Part shown: positions 9,892 through 19,544 of the stretch, one piece after another
Layout of the letters: each line of letters begins with the position of its first letter
Numbering within the stretch: the first letter of the stretch is position 1
Virus record (IMG/VR): IMGVR_UViG_3300037180_000017
Location: 1-56,476 of that record
DNA length: 56,476 nucleotides
Strand: one strand, 5' to 3'
Source of the DNA: a virus
Taxonomy: Duplodnaviria > Caudoviricetes
Translations under genes and position numbers: made by a program
The notes under the pieces: model-generated
Told to the model about the DNA's origin: nothing
Databases searched by the model: none
The model's input: the letters and a program-made list of their open reading frames with translations, nothing else

Positions 9892-10401
9892 TTAGTTCCC
9901 GTTCTTCCCACCACGCTTGCCCGATTTATTTTGCGTAGAGTCGGGCGCTGCTGGCGTGGGATCGGGTGTAGGGACCTCATCTTCCGGCGTTGGAATCTCC
10001 GGCTGAGCCATAGGGTTCTGCGGATTGTCTACGGTCTTTGTCGCCGTTTGAGACGGTTGATTCGACGGCACTTGAGAAGTTCCGGTAGGCGGTGGGGTCG
10101 GTGGTATAAACGGATTAGGCGGGATCAGATCGTCTTGCCCATCCGCAAAAGTTTCCGGGTCGATGCCGTCTGAAAATTCAACGGGTTGTGGAGGGTTGAT
10201 CGGAACGTAATCGGGCGGCGTTGTCGTGACTGGCTCGTTAACTTCCTGAATCGCTCCGTGTTTGATTAACCGCTGAACATTGATAGGTGCTTTACGGCCG
10301 AGAGAATCTTTTGCATTCACCATCTCGTCGTGAGACACCACATGGTCTTTTTTCCAAGGTCCGACACGGGTATGAAGTATTTTATAGTTCTTGCTTACCA
10401 T
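9892..10401 (-). CDS. Pro-rich protein downstream of capsid
   Basis: Likely start ATG 10401 (MVSKNYK) with AGGAG SD. Basic N-domain plus Pro-rich tail. Confidence 0.6.
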   Translation of the reverse strand: MVSKNYKILHTRVGPWKKDHVVSHDEMVNAKDSLGRKAPINVQRLIKHGAIQEVNEPVTTTPPDYVPINPPQPVEFSDGIDPETFADGQDDLIPPNPFIPPTPPPTGTSQVPSNQPSQTATKTVDNPQNPMAQPEIPTPEDEVPTPDPTPAAPDSTQNKSGKRGGKNGN

Positions 10402-10456
10402 TGCTGACTCCTGAAAGAGTTGAAGGTTATGTTCTTCCCAGAATTTCTGGAAAGGA

Positions 10457-11521
10457 TTATCCAACGTTCATCACAACCACGGCAGACGGGTAGTAAATCG
10501 CAGGACCGCCGTTGTGGCCACGGTGAATTTCAATGTTGGGCGGAATCCGCATCTCACCGTTGACACCGTTCACACGGTCAACCACGCGGCGATAACTTCC
10601 GGGCTTACCGCCAGAACCGTTGACGAGATTGCGAGTGAGAACGTAGTTACCGATCGGAACACCGCCGGGTCGTTGACCGACCACAACCACCGTTCCATTA
10701 GGAAGGAATTTGCTGAACACGCCGCCCTGAGTCTGCGGCTTATTCCAGAAACCTCCATCATATACGACGATGCCGGGAAGATTCTGAGCTTTCCAATAAT
10801 TATCCAGCGCACCGAGATTATTAAGCGTAGCGCCGTACTGATTGCGACGACCACCAAAGTCAGCAGCATTGCTGTTGTTGAGAATCTGGTTAGCTGTGTA
10901 CTGATTCATATACGCCGTGGCCGCAGCGCCCAAATCGACCGAGATACCCGTCGCGTAACCAAGCTGTTGGACGTTCTGGAAATCCTGAATCGGCGTTGCA
11001 GACCCTGCAACAGACCATTGATAGGTCGAAGTATAGCTCTGGAAGGTATATTGGTCGTTATAACCAATCTGAGTACCGTTAGGACCATCCAGAATGATTT
11101 GCAGTGTGCCAGTCGTCAACAGTGCCCACACGGATGATTCCATGCGGTCAAACTCACGACCAATCAAGAGACGGTCAGCCGCTCCCACCAAATCACCGAT
11201 TTCGATTGGCGTGGTCAAGATATCGAAATTGGCAGCGCGCTTGGTGAGTTCGGTTTCAGTGATCGTCTCGTATTCACCGAATACACCCGGCTCATACTCG
11301 TAAATCTTTTCACCGACACGCTGAACGCGCGTAGGACGACCATCAAGCCCGCGAAGAGCTTGTAATCCGCCGTAATTATCTTCCTGGTTCCAGCGGACGA
11401 CGCCGGCATTCTGGGGAAGAGGGGGCATGATATCAAGGCCGATTCGGCCTTCACGATTGCGTGCGATCCACTGTTGTTGCAGTGCCCGCATGGTGAAATT
11501 CGTGGGATAAACGTACGGCAT
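10457..11521 (-). CDS. Major capsid protein (lambda gpE-like)
   Basis: 354 aa after protease and decoration genes. Motifs 'RMESSVWALLTTG', 'WSVAGSATPIQDF', 'IVVYDG', 'FLPNGTVVVV', 'PAIYYPSAVVV'. Confidence 0.85.
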   Translation of the reverse strand: MPYVYPTNFTMRALQQQWIARNREGRIGLDIMPPLPQNAGVVRWNQEDNYGGLQALRGLDGRPTRVQRVGEKIYEYEPGVFGEYETITETELTKRAANFDILTTPIEIGDLVGAADRLLIGREFDRMESSVWALLTTGTLQIILDGPNGTQIGYNDQYTFQSYTSTYQWSVAGSATPIQDFQNVQQLGYATGISVDLGAAATAYMNQYTANQILNNSNAADFGGRRNQYGATLNNLGALDNYWKAQNLPGIVVYDGGFWNKPQTQGGVFSKFLPNGTVVVVGQRPGGVPIGNYVLTRNLVNGSGGKPGSYRRVVDRVNGVNGEMRIPPNIEIHRGHNGGPAIYYPSAVVVMNVG

Positions 11522-11596
11522 GTGCCGTCTCCTTATAAAAAGAAATTTGCCCGGAGTTAAAACGGGATTTCCATCGGGAAACCCACACCGTACAGA

Positions 11597-12673
11597 TCAG
11601 ACGAACCAGAATCCGTTGTGAAGAACGTAAGCACCCGGACGGCCTACCTGAATATCGGCAATGGAACGACCCACTGCCGCAACCGAAGCGGTCTTTGTCA
11701 ACGTGCCTGTACCTGTCACAGAGCTTGTCAGATTGAGCGGGTTGCCAGCATTCACAGGAACGACCATGAGATAGTTCCCACCATTGGCAGCGTAGCCCAA
11801 TGCTGCCAGAGTCGGATTGGCGTTCCACGCAGCAATAAGTCCGGCGATGACCGCAGCGACTGTCTGAGTCGCCCCAACCGTAAACGTGATTGTTTGCGGA
11901 GCGCCAGGAGTACCGCTATAAGTGATCGTGTTCACATCTGCCGTTGTCGGGCTGGCAGGTGTAAATATGTCCACTTCACCATAAGGCATTCCGGGCGGCG
12001 TGGTGAGTGCCTTGGTCAGCGTTCCAGTTCCGACCACGCTGGATACCAGATTCAAAGGAACGCCCGCATTTGCGGCTGTGATAATGAGCGTGCCGGTCCC
12101 GCTGGTAGTTCCCAGTGCGGTGAGCGTGGCATTGGCATTCCACGCCGCTGCAAGACCTGTGACTGCGGCGGCAGCAGTCTGTGTTCCACCGATTGTGAAG
12201 CTGACAGTGGTTGCGACACCTGCCGGGCTAATGTAGCTGATCGTGTTCACGTCGCCGGTCGTCACCGTGGCCGGGGTGAACGTATCCACTTCGGCAACTG
12301 AAGTGCCGCGGGTGTACACATCCTGTGAATCGAAGATACCAGTCACCCAGATCGGCGTGGTTGTCTGGGGGGAAAGTCGAAAATTAGCTGCTGCCGAGAA
12401 CGGTGCAGCCGTGGTATTGAACCCCAGATAAACAAGACTGTTTGCATCCGTAGCGAACGAGTATTTCGCAAAACCGACAAAGTTCTGCGTGCCGTCGTTT
12501 GCGCCGGGAACCATCGCATAGCCCAGCCGATTCGATGTTTTTACACCAACGGCCGTACCTTTCTTGATGGTAATGTTCGGGGCAAAACGGATGGCGTCCG
12601 TCCGAGCAAGGTCGGGGGATTGAGCAGGTTGTAGTTCCTGATTCAAATCCCAAGTTTCAATCAAAGTAACCAT
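11597..12673 (-). CDS. Head decoration protein (gpD-like) with two ~105-aa tandem accessory domains
   Basis: 'IKKGTAVG...ANDGTQNFVGFA' N-domain; duplicated 'EVDxFTPA..TT.DVNTI.Y...AAWNAN..L.ALG' units. Confidence 0.75.
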   Translation of the reverse strand: MVTLIETWDLNQELQPAQSPDLARTDAIRFAPNITIKKGTAVGVKTSNRLGYAMVPGANDGTQNFVGFAKYSFATDANSLVYLGFNTTAAPFSAAANFRLSPQTTTPIWVTGIFDSQDVYTRGTSVAEVDTFTPATVTTGDVNTISYISPAGVATTVSFTIGGTQTAAAAVTGLAAAWNANATLTALGTTSGTGTLIITAANAGVPLNLVSSVVGTGTLTKALTTPPGMPYGEVDIFTPASPTTADVNTITYSGTPGAPQTITFTVGATQTVAAVIAGLIAAWNANPTLAALGYAANGGNYLMVVPVNAGNPLNLTSSVTGTGTLTKTASVAAVGRSIADIQVGRPGAYVLHNGFWFV

Positions 12674-12740
12674 GTGAAGCTCCTAATAAAAAATCATGTT
12701 ACCGTGTTCGCCCAGATTGTCCAGAATTTTTGGAAGGGAA

Positions 12741-14333
12741 TTATGAATTCCCTGACGATTCCGGGTAAAAAGCGTCAAACTCGCCACGACTGATGGTCTT
12801 ACAGTTCTGATCCATCAGCATTTGGTTGCAATCTTTCAAACCCCATTTCTTGTGCTCATCAGTGATTCCCTTGGCATCGGCGCTGCTTCCAGGCTCGGTG
12901 CGGGGTGATGGCTGGTGGCTGGATACATCCTGCAAAATCCCATTGGGCTTGTTGTCGTTGAAGGTTGAAAAAACACCTTCATAAAGATGCTTGCCTGAAG
13001 CGTCCGCTTGGAACATTGCAGCTACCGGGACCGCATCGGTGCTCAATTCACCATTCTCAAATTTGCCTTGGGAAAGCAGGACTTTCTCCATCTTGGCAAA
13101 CTGAACGCTGGTGATCTTGCCGGCGGTGAGCGACATTTGAAGCTCCTTAAAAGCAAGCTTGCACATACCGCGGACCACACGCTGATCTTCCATGACTGGT
13201 GCAGCCGCCTTGGCCGATGTCAGTTCCCCAGTAAGCCGACTGACTTCTCCAGTGAGCCGGGCGTTGTTTTGGGAAAGGGTGTCATTTAGCTGCTTGTAAT
13301 GCGCCGCAGCATGAAACGCATGAATGTCGGCAGTTTCTTCCGTCACACCGGCAGCGCCGTGGAACGTCTTCAAGACCGACAACTCAGAAGGTTGAAGAGG
13401 CATATGATTGCTCCTAAGCGCGGTCGATGTTTTGTTCTCTGGGCCGGGACCGCGACGATCCGACTTAGAGTTGTTAAGATTCTGCTTGGCGCATTCAAAC
13501 GCCTCATCCGTTGAACAAACGGCGTCAATCAAACCCACTCTCATAGCGTCAGCGCCCACAAATACACGGGCGGTAATGGCTTCTTCCATTTGAGAGGGAT
13601 TCATTTTGCGGGACTTCTGAACATCTGCCACAAATACTTTATTCACATTGTCCGCATACCGCTGAAGTTCTTTGTGCTGGTCAGTCGTGATCGGTCGTCC
13701 CGGGGCTCCAATGCTCTTAAACGTACCAGTGTCCTTCACAACTGGCTTTACAGGACGGTCTTCTCCGAGCTTGGATTCGTCCAGCAACGTTACTCGTGTT
13801 CCCAGTGATCCTACGCGGGCCGCAGGACCAGCCGTGAACCGCGTCCCCTGAGTGGCAATCCACAACGCGGCACTGCAAGCCGTGTCCGGTGCGTGCATGT
13901 AGATGGGCATCTTTTCCGCTGTTTTACGAACCGCGCTTGCCAGTTCCGCAGTTCCTTCCAGAGAACCGCCCGGTGAATCTACTTCCATGAAGACGCCTTT
14001 GACTTCCCCGGTATCAAACCTGGACCGGATATCCCTCAGCGAATCCCGCACCCTCATAGTGCTTGTGCCCCCGAAAAGTGACGACATGGAAGTATCGAAT
14101 TTTGTGAGAGGGCCGGAAAGATTTAGCCGGGCAATTCCATCTTGAACAGTGTACGGGCGATCATCCGCAGCTTCGTGCATCTCTTGAGAACGGGACTGAG
14201 TTTCCTTTAACTCTCCCTTTTCAACGATCATCCATGCAGTGTTTTTATATTCTTCCAGACGATCGCGATCAATCAACCATTCACCAAAGATGGTATCAAG
14301 CCGGCAACCAGTGATGGGATGTTTTTGAGGCAT
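12741..14333 (-). CDS. S49 (SppA/lambda C-like) prohead protease with C-terminal scaffold
   Basis: 'EVDSPGG', 'ACSAALWIA', 'VGSLG', 'GLIDAV'; coiled-coil C-terminal half. Confidence 0.9.
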   Translation of the reverse strand: MPQKHPITGCRLDTIFGEWLIDRDRLEEYKNTAWMIVEKGELKETQSRSQEMHEAADDRPYTVQDGIARLNLSGPLTKFDTSMSSLFGGTSTMRVRDSLRDIRSRFDTGEVKGVFMEVDSPGGSLEGTAELASAVRKTAEKMPIYMHAPDTACSAALWIATQGTRFTAGPAARVGSLGTRVTLLDESKLGEDRPVKPVVKDTGTFKSIGAPGRPITTDQHKELQRYADNVNKVFVADVQKSRKMNPSQMEEAITARVFVGADAMRVGLIDAVCSTDEAFECAKQNLNNSKSDRRGPGPENKTSTALRSNHMPLQPSELSVLKTFHGAAGVTEETADIHAFHAAAHYKQLNDTLSQNNARLTGEVSRLTGELTSAKAAAPVMEDQRVVRGMCKLAFKELQMSLTAGKITSVQFAKMEKVLLSQGKFENGELSTDAVPVAAMFQADASGKHLYEGVFSTFNDNKPNGILQDVSSHQPSPRTEPGSSADAKGITDEHKKWGLKDCNQMLMDQNCKTISRGEFDAFYPESSGNS

Positions 14334-14353
14334 TGTACAACTTTCTGGAAGGG

Positions 14354-16018
14354 TTAAGCTGCCTGTGGCGTCCTAGACCTGCGTTGTTGGGCTTTGCCGG
14401 GTCGAGTTTTAGGATTTCCGTTGCCGTTCGTTGGTCTGCCTCCTTGCGGGTCCGGTTGCTTGTTCGTGTTCAGTTGCTGTTTTTCATCGGCTTTTTCGAC
14501 ACGCTCCGGATCGTACTCGCCGGTGGTCTGAATGTCCATGTTGTTCAGTTCCACTTTCATGTTGATGATCCTGAGCATTTCACGAGCGATAATCGGATCG
14601 TTCATGGCCGCGAGGATCATCGCCTTCATGTAGCCACGTTTATTATCGACGATTGACGGCGGCTGAATGCGAATCTTTCCACGGGCTTCTTCGCCAAAAT
14701 TGAGAACCAGGATCGCATCGACCAATGGTTGGCATTGCCGGGCAAACCCCTGATCTTCAAGTTGTGCAATAGACGCACCGACTTCATTGAGCTCTTCAGT
14801 ATCGGATTTGCCGCCTTGACCACGACCTCCACTTCTGGGAGAACGCAAACTACCTTCAAACATCAAATCTTCCGCGTGCATCATTCTTTTCAGGATGCCT
14901 TCAATAGCCGGTGTTGTGCTGCCGTGGTTGAGCAACGTGGGGGTTACAGCCGCTTTGGTCGCTAATTCCGCAATGATTTTTGCGGTGTTGATGTTACCTT
15001 TGGGATCCGTGGGGATATTCAAACTGGGAAGCCACGCCCCTGGCGACCCATTGGCAAGCGCCCGAATCAAATGTTCACAGACTTTGCGGTACTCCAAAAA
15101 CTCGGGCTTACCATTGCTATCCACTTTCCCGGTCGGGAACGTTCCGCTGGGACTGGTCAAAATCAACTGAATGCCTGTGATCTTGGCCCCTAGTCGCTCA
15201 AGTTGCTGATCGCAGCTAAGCCAATCCCGCCACACTGTCATGCGAAGATTTTCAAGCCAAGAGCGACCATACAAATACCCTGCTTCGGCGTCGTAGGTGT
15301 ACTTCCACGCCCTATATGGCGCTGCTAAGCGAACCACATGCTTATCTGGGTTGAGAATAGCATCCGGAACAAAGTTGATAACACCGCTGAAATTCCCCTT
15401 CTCGTCACGGAGACATTCGGTGATATCCACCAAGAGTGGTTTCATACGGGTAAGCCACGTCATGCTATCTCGAATCTCCCAGATTATTTCTCCAGACTGC
15501 CAGCCAAAATCACGCCCCCTCACAAAGAAGTCATGGAGCAAATCAAAACGAAGAGGGTCCATTTGATCCTGAACTGCGGTTGCCCATTCGTCACTGATTC
15601 CTTTGCCGACCTTTACATATTCCCATCGGTTACAAAGAATATCCGCACAAGAAATAGCACGCACAAGTCGGATGGTTGGATGCTGAAGCATCCAGCGATA
15701 AGTGCGATACGTTCCGGTGTACAAAGCATTGTAACCGGGAAATGCCATCGGGTTGTCCATCGAACCGCCGTTCGAGAACAAAAACGGCATGAATGGGGAC
15801 GAAAGGCCCGGATGAAACATCCCATGTCCGGGGTTTTGTTCACCAGTTGCCTCATCGTGAAGACCCGCATCAGTAGGCTGTCTGGCAAAACGACCTTTAT
15901 CATCCCGATAGGGTGTAGGATAATTGGGAGAATCTTCGCTGCCGCCAATGAAACCCGACATCGGATTGGATACGGCTGCGACCTCAGTTTCCAAAAATTC
16001 TGGAGAACGAGCAATCAT
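14354..16018 (-). CDS. Portal protein (Mu gp29/DUF935-like)
   Basis: Lies between TerL and protease with a TAATG overlap at the TerL stop. Motifs 'GRDFGWQSGEIIW', 'LYGRSWLE', 'PLVDAILVLNFG'. Confidence 0.8.
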   Translation of the reverse strand: MIARSPEFLETEVAAVSNPMSGFIGGSEDSPNYPTPYRDDKGRFARQPTDAGLHDEATGEQNPGHGMFHPGLSSPFMPFLFSNGGSMDNPMAFPGYNALYTGTYRTYRWMLQHPTIRLVRAISCADILCNRWEYVKVGKGISDEWATAVQDQMDPLRFDLLHDFFVRGRDFGWQSGEIIWEIRDSMTWLTRMKPLLVDITECLRDEKGNFSGVINFVPDAILNPDKHVVRLAAPYRAWKYTYDAEAGYLYGRSWLENLRMTVWRDWLSCDQQLERLGAKITGIQLILTSPSGTFPTGKVDSNGKPEFLEYRKVCEHLIRALANGSPGAWLPSLNIPTDPKGNINTAKIIAELATKAAVTPTLLNHGSTTPAIEGILKRMMHAEDLMFEGSLRSPRSGGRGQGGKSDTEELNEVGASIAQLEDQGFARQCQPLVDAILVLNFGEEARGKIRIQPPSIVDNKRGYMKAMILAAMNDPIIAREMLRIINMKVELNNMDIQTTGEYDPERVEKADEKQQLNTNKQPDPQGGRPTNGNGNPKTRPGKAQQRRSRTPQAA

Positions 16019-18435
16019 TACCAAGTTCCTTCAACGGCTGTCGGTGCTTCCGCGGTAAGAGAAATCTGCTGTCCGGCAAGATCGTCAATGTAAGCGATTA
16101 AGTACCGTATGCAATCTGCGCCGTGGTCATTTTTATCTTCTGGTTCTTCCTTGGGGGCTTTACGATCCCCGGTCGCACTCGACTCTTTTACTTTTTTCCA
16201 GATATATCCTTCAAACTCATCCACGGTGCAATACGGCAATCCATTTTCTACTAGTTCGTCATCTCTCTGGACAAGGGCATCTCGCAAAAAGAAAAGTCGT
16301 GGTCGAACCGACCCATCTCCGTGAAGAACCGGACGCAATCGCTCTTTTACAGCTTCGATGCCTTGAAGTTTGTCCTCCTTGTAAGCTGGGAGAGCGATAA
16401 TTCCCTCAGCGTCTAACGTGGCCCGGCCCTCAGCATCGTGGTCAGCAACAAAAGTCTCGATGTCTTCCCCTTCCGATAATTGCTTGATGCCGGGTTCAAC
16501 TAACAGTCTTACTTTGGTATCAGGATCGGTATCCCACACTCCTGACGCATGTTCCGATACGATGCGGTGGCTTTTGTAAATCTCACGGTAGATATAAACC
16601 GTGTTATCATCGCTCTTGTCAATCGCGGCCCAGAGACATACAAAGGGGTTTTGAAACCCGAAGTCGATCCCACCAACTTTGCGCCACTTTTCCCAACCCG
16701 GCGGCATCTTATCTACGATATGCTTTGATCGATCGAAATCGTAAACCGCGCCCTCGGTCGCTGCCCACTTCCCGTCCAGGAGTCTTGCCCGACGAACTCC
16801 TGTAAGAGTATAACTCAGCTTCTTGAGATACTTTTCCCCGGCATCGGTAAACTCATTCAGCCTCATGTCAAATAGCATTGGATTATGCCGATGACGACTG
16901 AGCAGTCTAGTCAATCTGCCTTTGGAGGCAAGAACATTAAGCCAGTGGTTCGGCGATCCCGGATTGCAGTCCATGATAATCTGCTGGAAAGGAATCACAT
17001 TATTGCGCAGCCGAGTCACCAGTAATTCAAAATCGTTGGTGGTGATCTCAGTGGCTTCAAACACACCAATCACATCAAACTCGGTGGACATGATCCGGGC
17101 CGGTTCGTCTAGCCCGCTTATCACAATTTCCGATCCTTTAGGAAGGGTGTAACTGCCTCGTATGCGCCGTGTCGGGCCGTCTCGTACCGGGCTTTTAGTC
17201 GGCAGCACTTTACTCTCAAAAGTCACCAAGACCGATTCTGTCATGGATACCCGCGTTTTGCGGCATAGCAACGCTCTTGCACCATGATAGGTATTCATTA
17301 GATGAAAAATGCGCTCCAGCACGCCCCTGGTTTTCCCGGTGTTGTGGTTCCAAAACCCCTCTGCCAAGTAATGCCCAGCACCTGGAACATGCAGATCGAA
17401 ATAAAAATCTCGCCGAACAAATTCAATCCTTGACACCGTTCCCCACCGGACCTTAGAATGAGTGAATGAAAACTCAACGTGATCTTGTCTTTGACGCTTA
17501 CCGTCAGTGTCTTCATCCGAACTTAGTGGCTGAACGATTGAGTCTGTCATTATACGTTGTAAATCGCTGCCTCCGCGCTCTTGGGATTCCGGCCAATCAT
17601 GGTCGGGTTGGAGTCTGCCACCTTCATTTTCAAAAACTTCGACAGCTAGTTGTTGAAGAACGGTCACTTTCTGATATCGCTCATCAACTTGGAACGAATA
17701 CAAAAACTGTGAAACGCTTCCTTCATACCGCTCAGATTCCGTTTCATCGTTTTGTTCAATCGGGTCAAAATAATCCGTCTTGGAAAGGCGGTCGAATGAT
17801 TGATAAAAACGGTTATGTTCTGATCTGGATTCCGCAACACCCTTTTGCAAATCGACACGGCTACATTCGAGAACATCGGCTAGTAATGGAAAAACACCTT
17901 GGTCGATATCTCGGTCGCCATGAAGTTGTGCATCATAAGAACGGCAAAAAGCAAGATAATCGGCTAAGGAACCTTGAACTTTTCGGATCGAACGCAAATC
18001 ATCTTGCTGCAACTTTGAAGGGCAAAGTCCCAAACTGGACACCGGACGGCAAGCGTCGAATCTTAGCAAGTCATCTCCAACACAAATTGCGTCAAGCCGA
18101 CACCATCCGTTCCGCGTAAGAAACTTATGATGATCTGTGACCGTGATCTCACGGCCATCATCCAGAACCACACGAAATAAATCGGCAACTCCTTTTAAGA
18201 ACGGAACTGTGGCTTGTCGTGGACCATAGAGTGTCATTACCACGGGGGCAAAACCGCACTTCCATAAAGTCTCGATCTGGGTATGACATCCCTTATTGGC
18301 AAGATAAATTCGTGTCTCACCAGCCACACATCCTGCCGGCCCTTCTACAAGCACAGCATCGTCGTGACACTTAAAAAGGTCATAGATCGCACCATAAGGC
18401 TTATAGGGCCGCTGGCCCTCACTAGGTAAGCTCAC
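16018..18435 (-). CDS. terL: Terminase large subunit containing a 330-aa intein (spliced product ~475 aa)
   Basis: Walker A GPAG|TGKT split by the intein; Walker B 'VIGVFEATE', 'MDCNP', nuclease 'GGIDFGF' and 'DHGADCIRY'. Confidence 0.95.
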   Translation of the reverse strand: MSLPSEGQRPYKPYGAIYDLFKCHDDAVLVEGPAGCVAGETRIYLANKGCHTQIETLWKCGFAPVVMTLYGPRQATVPFLKGVADLFRVVLDDGREITVTDHHKFLTRNGWCRLDAICVGDDLLRFDACRPVSSLGLCPSKLQQDDLRSIRKVQGSLADYLAFCRSYDAQLHGDRDIDQGVFPLLADVLECSRVDLQKGVAESRSEHNRFYQSFDRLSKTDYFDPIEQNDETESERYEGSVSQFLYSFQVDERYQKVTVLQQLAVEVFENEGGRLQPDHDWPESQERGGSDLQRIMTDSIVQPLSSDEDTDGKRQRQDHVEFSFTHSKVRWGTVSRIEFVRRDFYFDLHVPGAGHYLAEGFWNHNTGKTRGVLERIFHLMNTYHGARALLCRKTRVSMTESVLVTFESKVLPTKSPVRDGPTRRIRGSYTLPKGSEIVISGLDEPARIMSTEFDVIGVFEATEITTNDFELLVTRLRNNVIPFQQIIMDCNPGSPNHWLNVLASKGRLTRLLSRHRHNPMLFDMRLNEFTDAGEKYLKKLSYTLTGVRRARLLDGKWAATEGAVYDFDRSKHIVDKMPPGWEKWRKVGGIDFGFQNPFVCLWAAIDKSDDNTVYIYREIYKSHRIVSEHASGVWDTDPDTKVRLLVEPGIKQLSEGEDIETFVADHDAEGRATLDAEGIIALPAYKEDKLQGIEAVKERLRPVLHGDGSVRPRLFFLRDALVQRDDELVENGLPYCTVDEFEGYIWKKVKESSATGDRKAPKEEPEDKNDHGADCIRYLIAYIDDLAGQQISLTAEAPTAVEGTW
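17430..17459 (+). promoter_or_regulatory. sigma70-type promoter for the antisense HNH (leaderless)
   Basis: TTGACA (17430-35), N18, TAGAAT (17454-59), then 6 nt to ATG 17466. Confidence 0.7.
17466..18119 (+). CDS. HNH homing endonuclease nested antisense within the intein
   Basis: Two N-terminal HTH-like segments, 'GQNNPSWKGG', and HNH core 'GYIREHRLVMEKHLGRYL...VVHHKNGKKQDNRLRNLEL'. Confidence 0.9.
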   Translation: MKTQRDLVFDAYRQCLHPNLVAERLSLSLYVVNRCLRALGIPANHGRVGVCHLHFQKLRQLVVEERSLSDIAHQLGTNTKTVKRFLHTAQIPFHRFVQSGQNNPSWKGGRMIDKNGYVLIWIPQHPFANRHGYIREHRLVMEKHLGRYLGRHEVVHHKNGKKQDNRLRNLELFGSNANHLAATLKGKVPNWTPDGKRRILASHLQHKLRQADTIRSA

Positions 18436-18895
18436 GGCTCTTCACCTTTTTGGATTCGATGAGTGGCTCTTCTGGAAGATCAATATAGACTTTAATGGCG
18501 TCTTCGCTCATTATCACACGATCTGGAGTCTTACCTTCCTCACGCTCAATAAACTCCCTTGTATGCTGGAAGTTAGCACCTTCCATTTGCTGCACGAACG
18601 CCTCAGCAACGTCATCAAACCTGGTATTCTGGGTGAGTGTGCCGCTCTCAGGGTCAACTTTCAAACTCCGTTGTCGAAGAATCTCCCGGATTCTTGACAT
18701 TAAAGTTTTACCCTTCTGAGCGTTATCCGATCCCCGTACTTCACCCGGCTTAATCATGTTCTTCCGCATCGCTTCGGGAAGATTCGGAAACACGATCTCG
18801 GCAGAAACTTTGGGCCGCTTGAGTTTAGGGACCATGCGGCGCTGCTCGGTTCGCCGTTTAATCGCTGTGTTGATGATTGCGGTCTTGACGGTCAT
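18422..18895 (-). CDS. Terminase small subunit (putative)
   Basis: Directly upstream of TerL. 'IKPGEVRG..KGK' and 'EFIEREEGK' resemble DUF5681-type TerS. Likely start ATG 18895. Confidence 0.65.
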   Translation of the reverse strand: MTVKTAIINTAIKRRTEQRRMVPKLKRPKVSAEIVFPNLPEAMRKNMIKPGEVRGSDNAQKGKTLMSRIREILRQRSLKVDPESGTLTQNTRFDDVAEAFVQQMEGANFQHTREFIEREEGKTPDRVIMSEDAIKVYIDLPEEPLIESKKVKSRELT

Positions 18896-18918
18896 ACTGC
18901 TTCCAGAATTTTTGGAAA

Positions 18919-19542
18919 TCAATACAGCGGAAGATCCCAGAAGTCAAACATCTCACCTGGACAAAAAGTGAACTGACCATCCAAATACCGCACCGCAGCA
19001 CCGACTTGTTGAATGGTCCACCACGGCACAGCTTTAAGTTCTGAGCCGTGCGCATGGGTCGCTTCAGGCATTTGCCGCCATATTCCATCCCGGTACATGG
19101 CGATTTCGTCAAGCACTTCAGCGAGCTTACTTGCGAAGCTCGGACCCGCATAAGACTTTCCCAGAGCACCGCGAACTACCGCTGGAGGACGATCCGGCTG
19201 TTTCATGTCCAGCAGATCGCAGAAAGCAATAATCATTGCCCAGCGTCCCACTCTGGAAGGAACTACACCCCCGTTAGGGGTGAAATTCAGCGGGATTTGA
19301 AGAACGCCGCCTTGAAGAATGCTTTGGATTTTGTCCGTGGCATAATTAAACGCATCTTGGATCGCGTACCAGTTGGGCTGGCCGCTGGGAATAGCTTGAA
19401 CGTTGCTGCCCGTGTTCTGGGTGGAATCCTTGTTGCTGACCTTGATAATATTCGCCAGACCAAATCGATTACTGAATTGTGCCCAAGTGAAGAAGGTCGA
19501 GATCGGCACGTCGGATACTTGATTTTCAAGATTGAAGGGCAT
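18919..19542 (-). CDS. Head-tail adaptor, Mu gp36/DUF1320-like
   Basis: 'FSNRFG...IQDAFNYATDKIQSIL...IPL...VP..V.RWAMIIA..DL' pattern. Confidence 0.65.
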   Translation of the reverse strand: MPFNLENQVSDVPISTFFTWAQFSNRFGLANIIKVSNKDSTQNTGSNVQAIPSGQPNWYAIQDAFNYATDKIQSILQGGVLQIPLNFTPNGGVVPSRVGRWAMIIAFCDLLDMKQPDRPPAVVRGALGKSYAGPSFASKLAEVLDEIAMYRDGIWRQMPEATHAHGSELKAVPWWTIQQVGAAVRYLDGQFTFCPGEMFDFWDLPLY

Positions 19543-19544
19543 CG

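Larger units (their letters stand above)
17341..18330 (-). mobile_element. Intein in the TerL P-loop
   Basis: Block A CVAGETRI (Cys1 at 18330), block B TVTDHHKF (TxxH), block F FYFDLHVPGAGHYLAEG, block G HN/T (+1 Thr). No LAGLIDADG motifs. Confidence 0.93.

Noticed and set aside
10514-16093. Long antisense ORFs over capsid, decoration and portal (207, 227, 251 aa)
   Set aside because: No motifs, SD or promoter; typical shadows of codon-biased genes, unlike the motif-rich antisense HNH.
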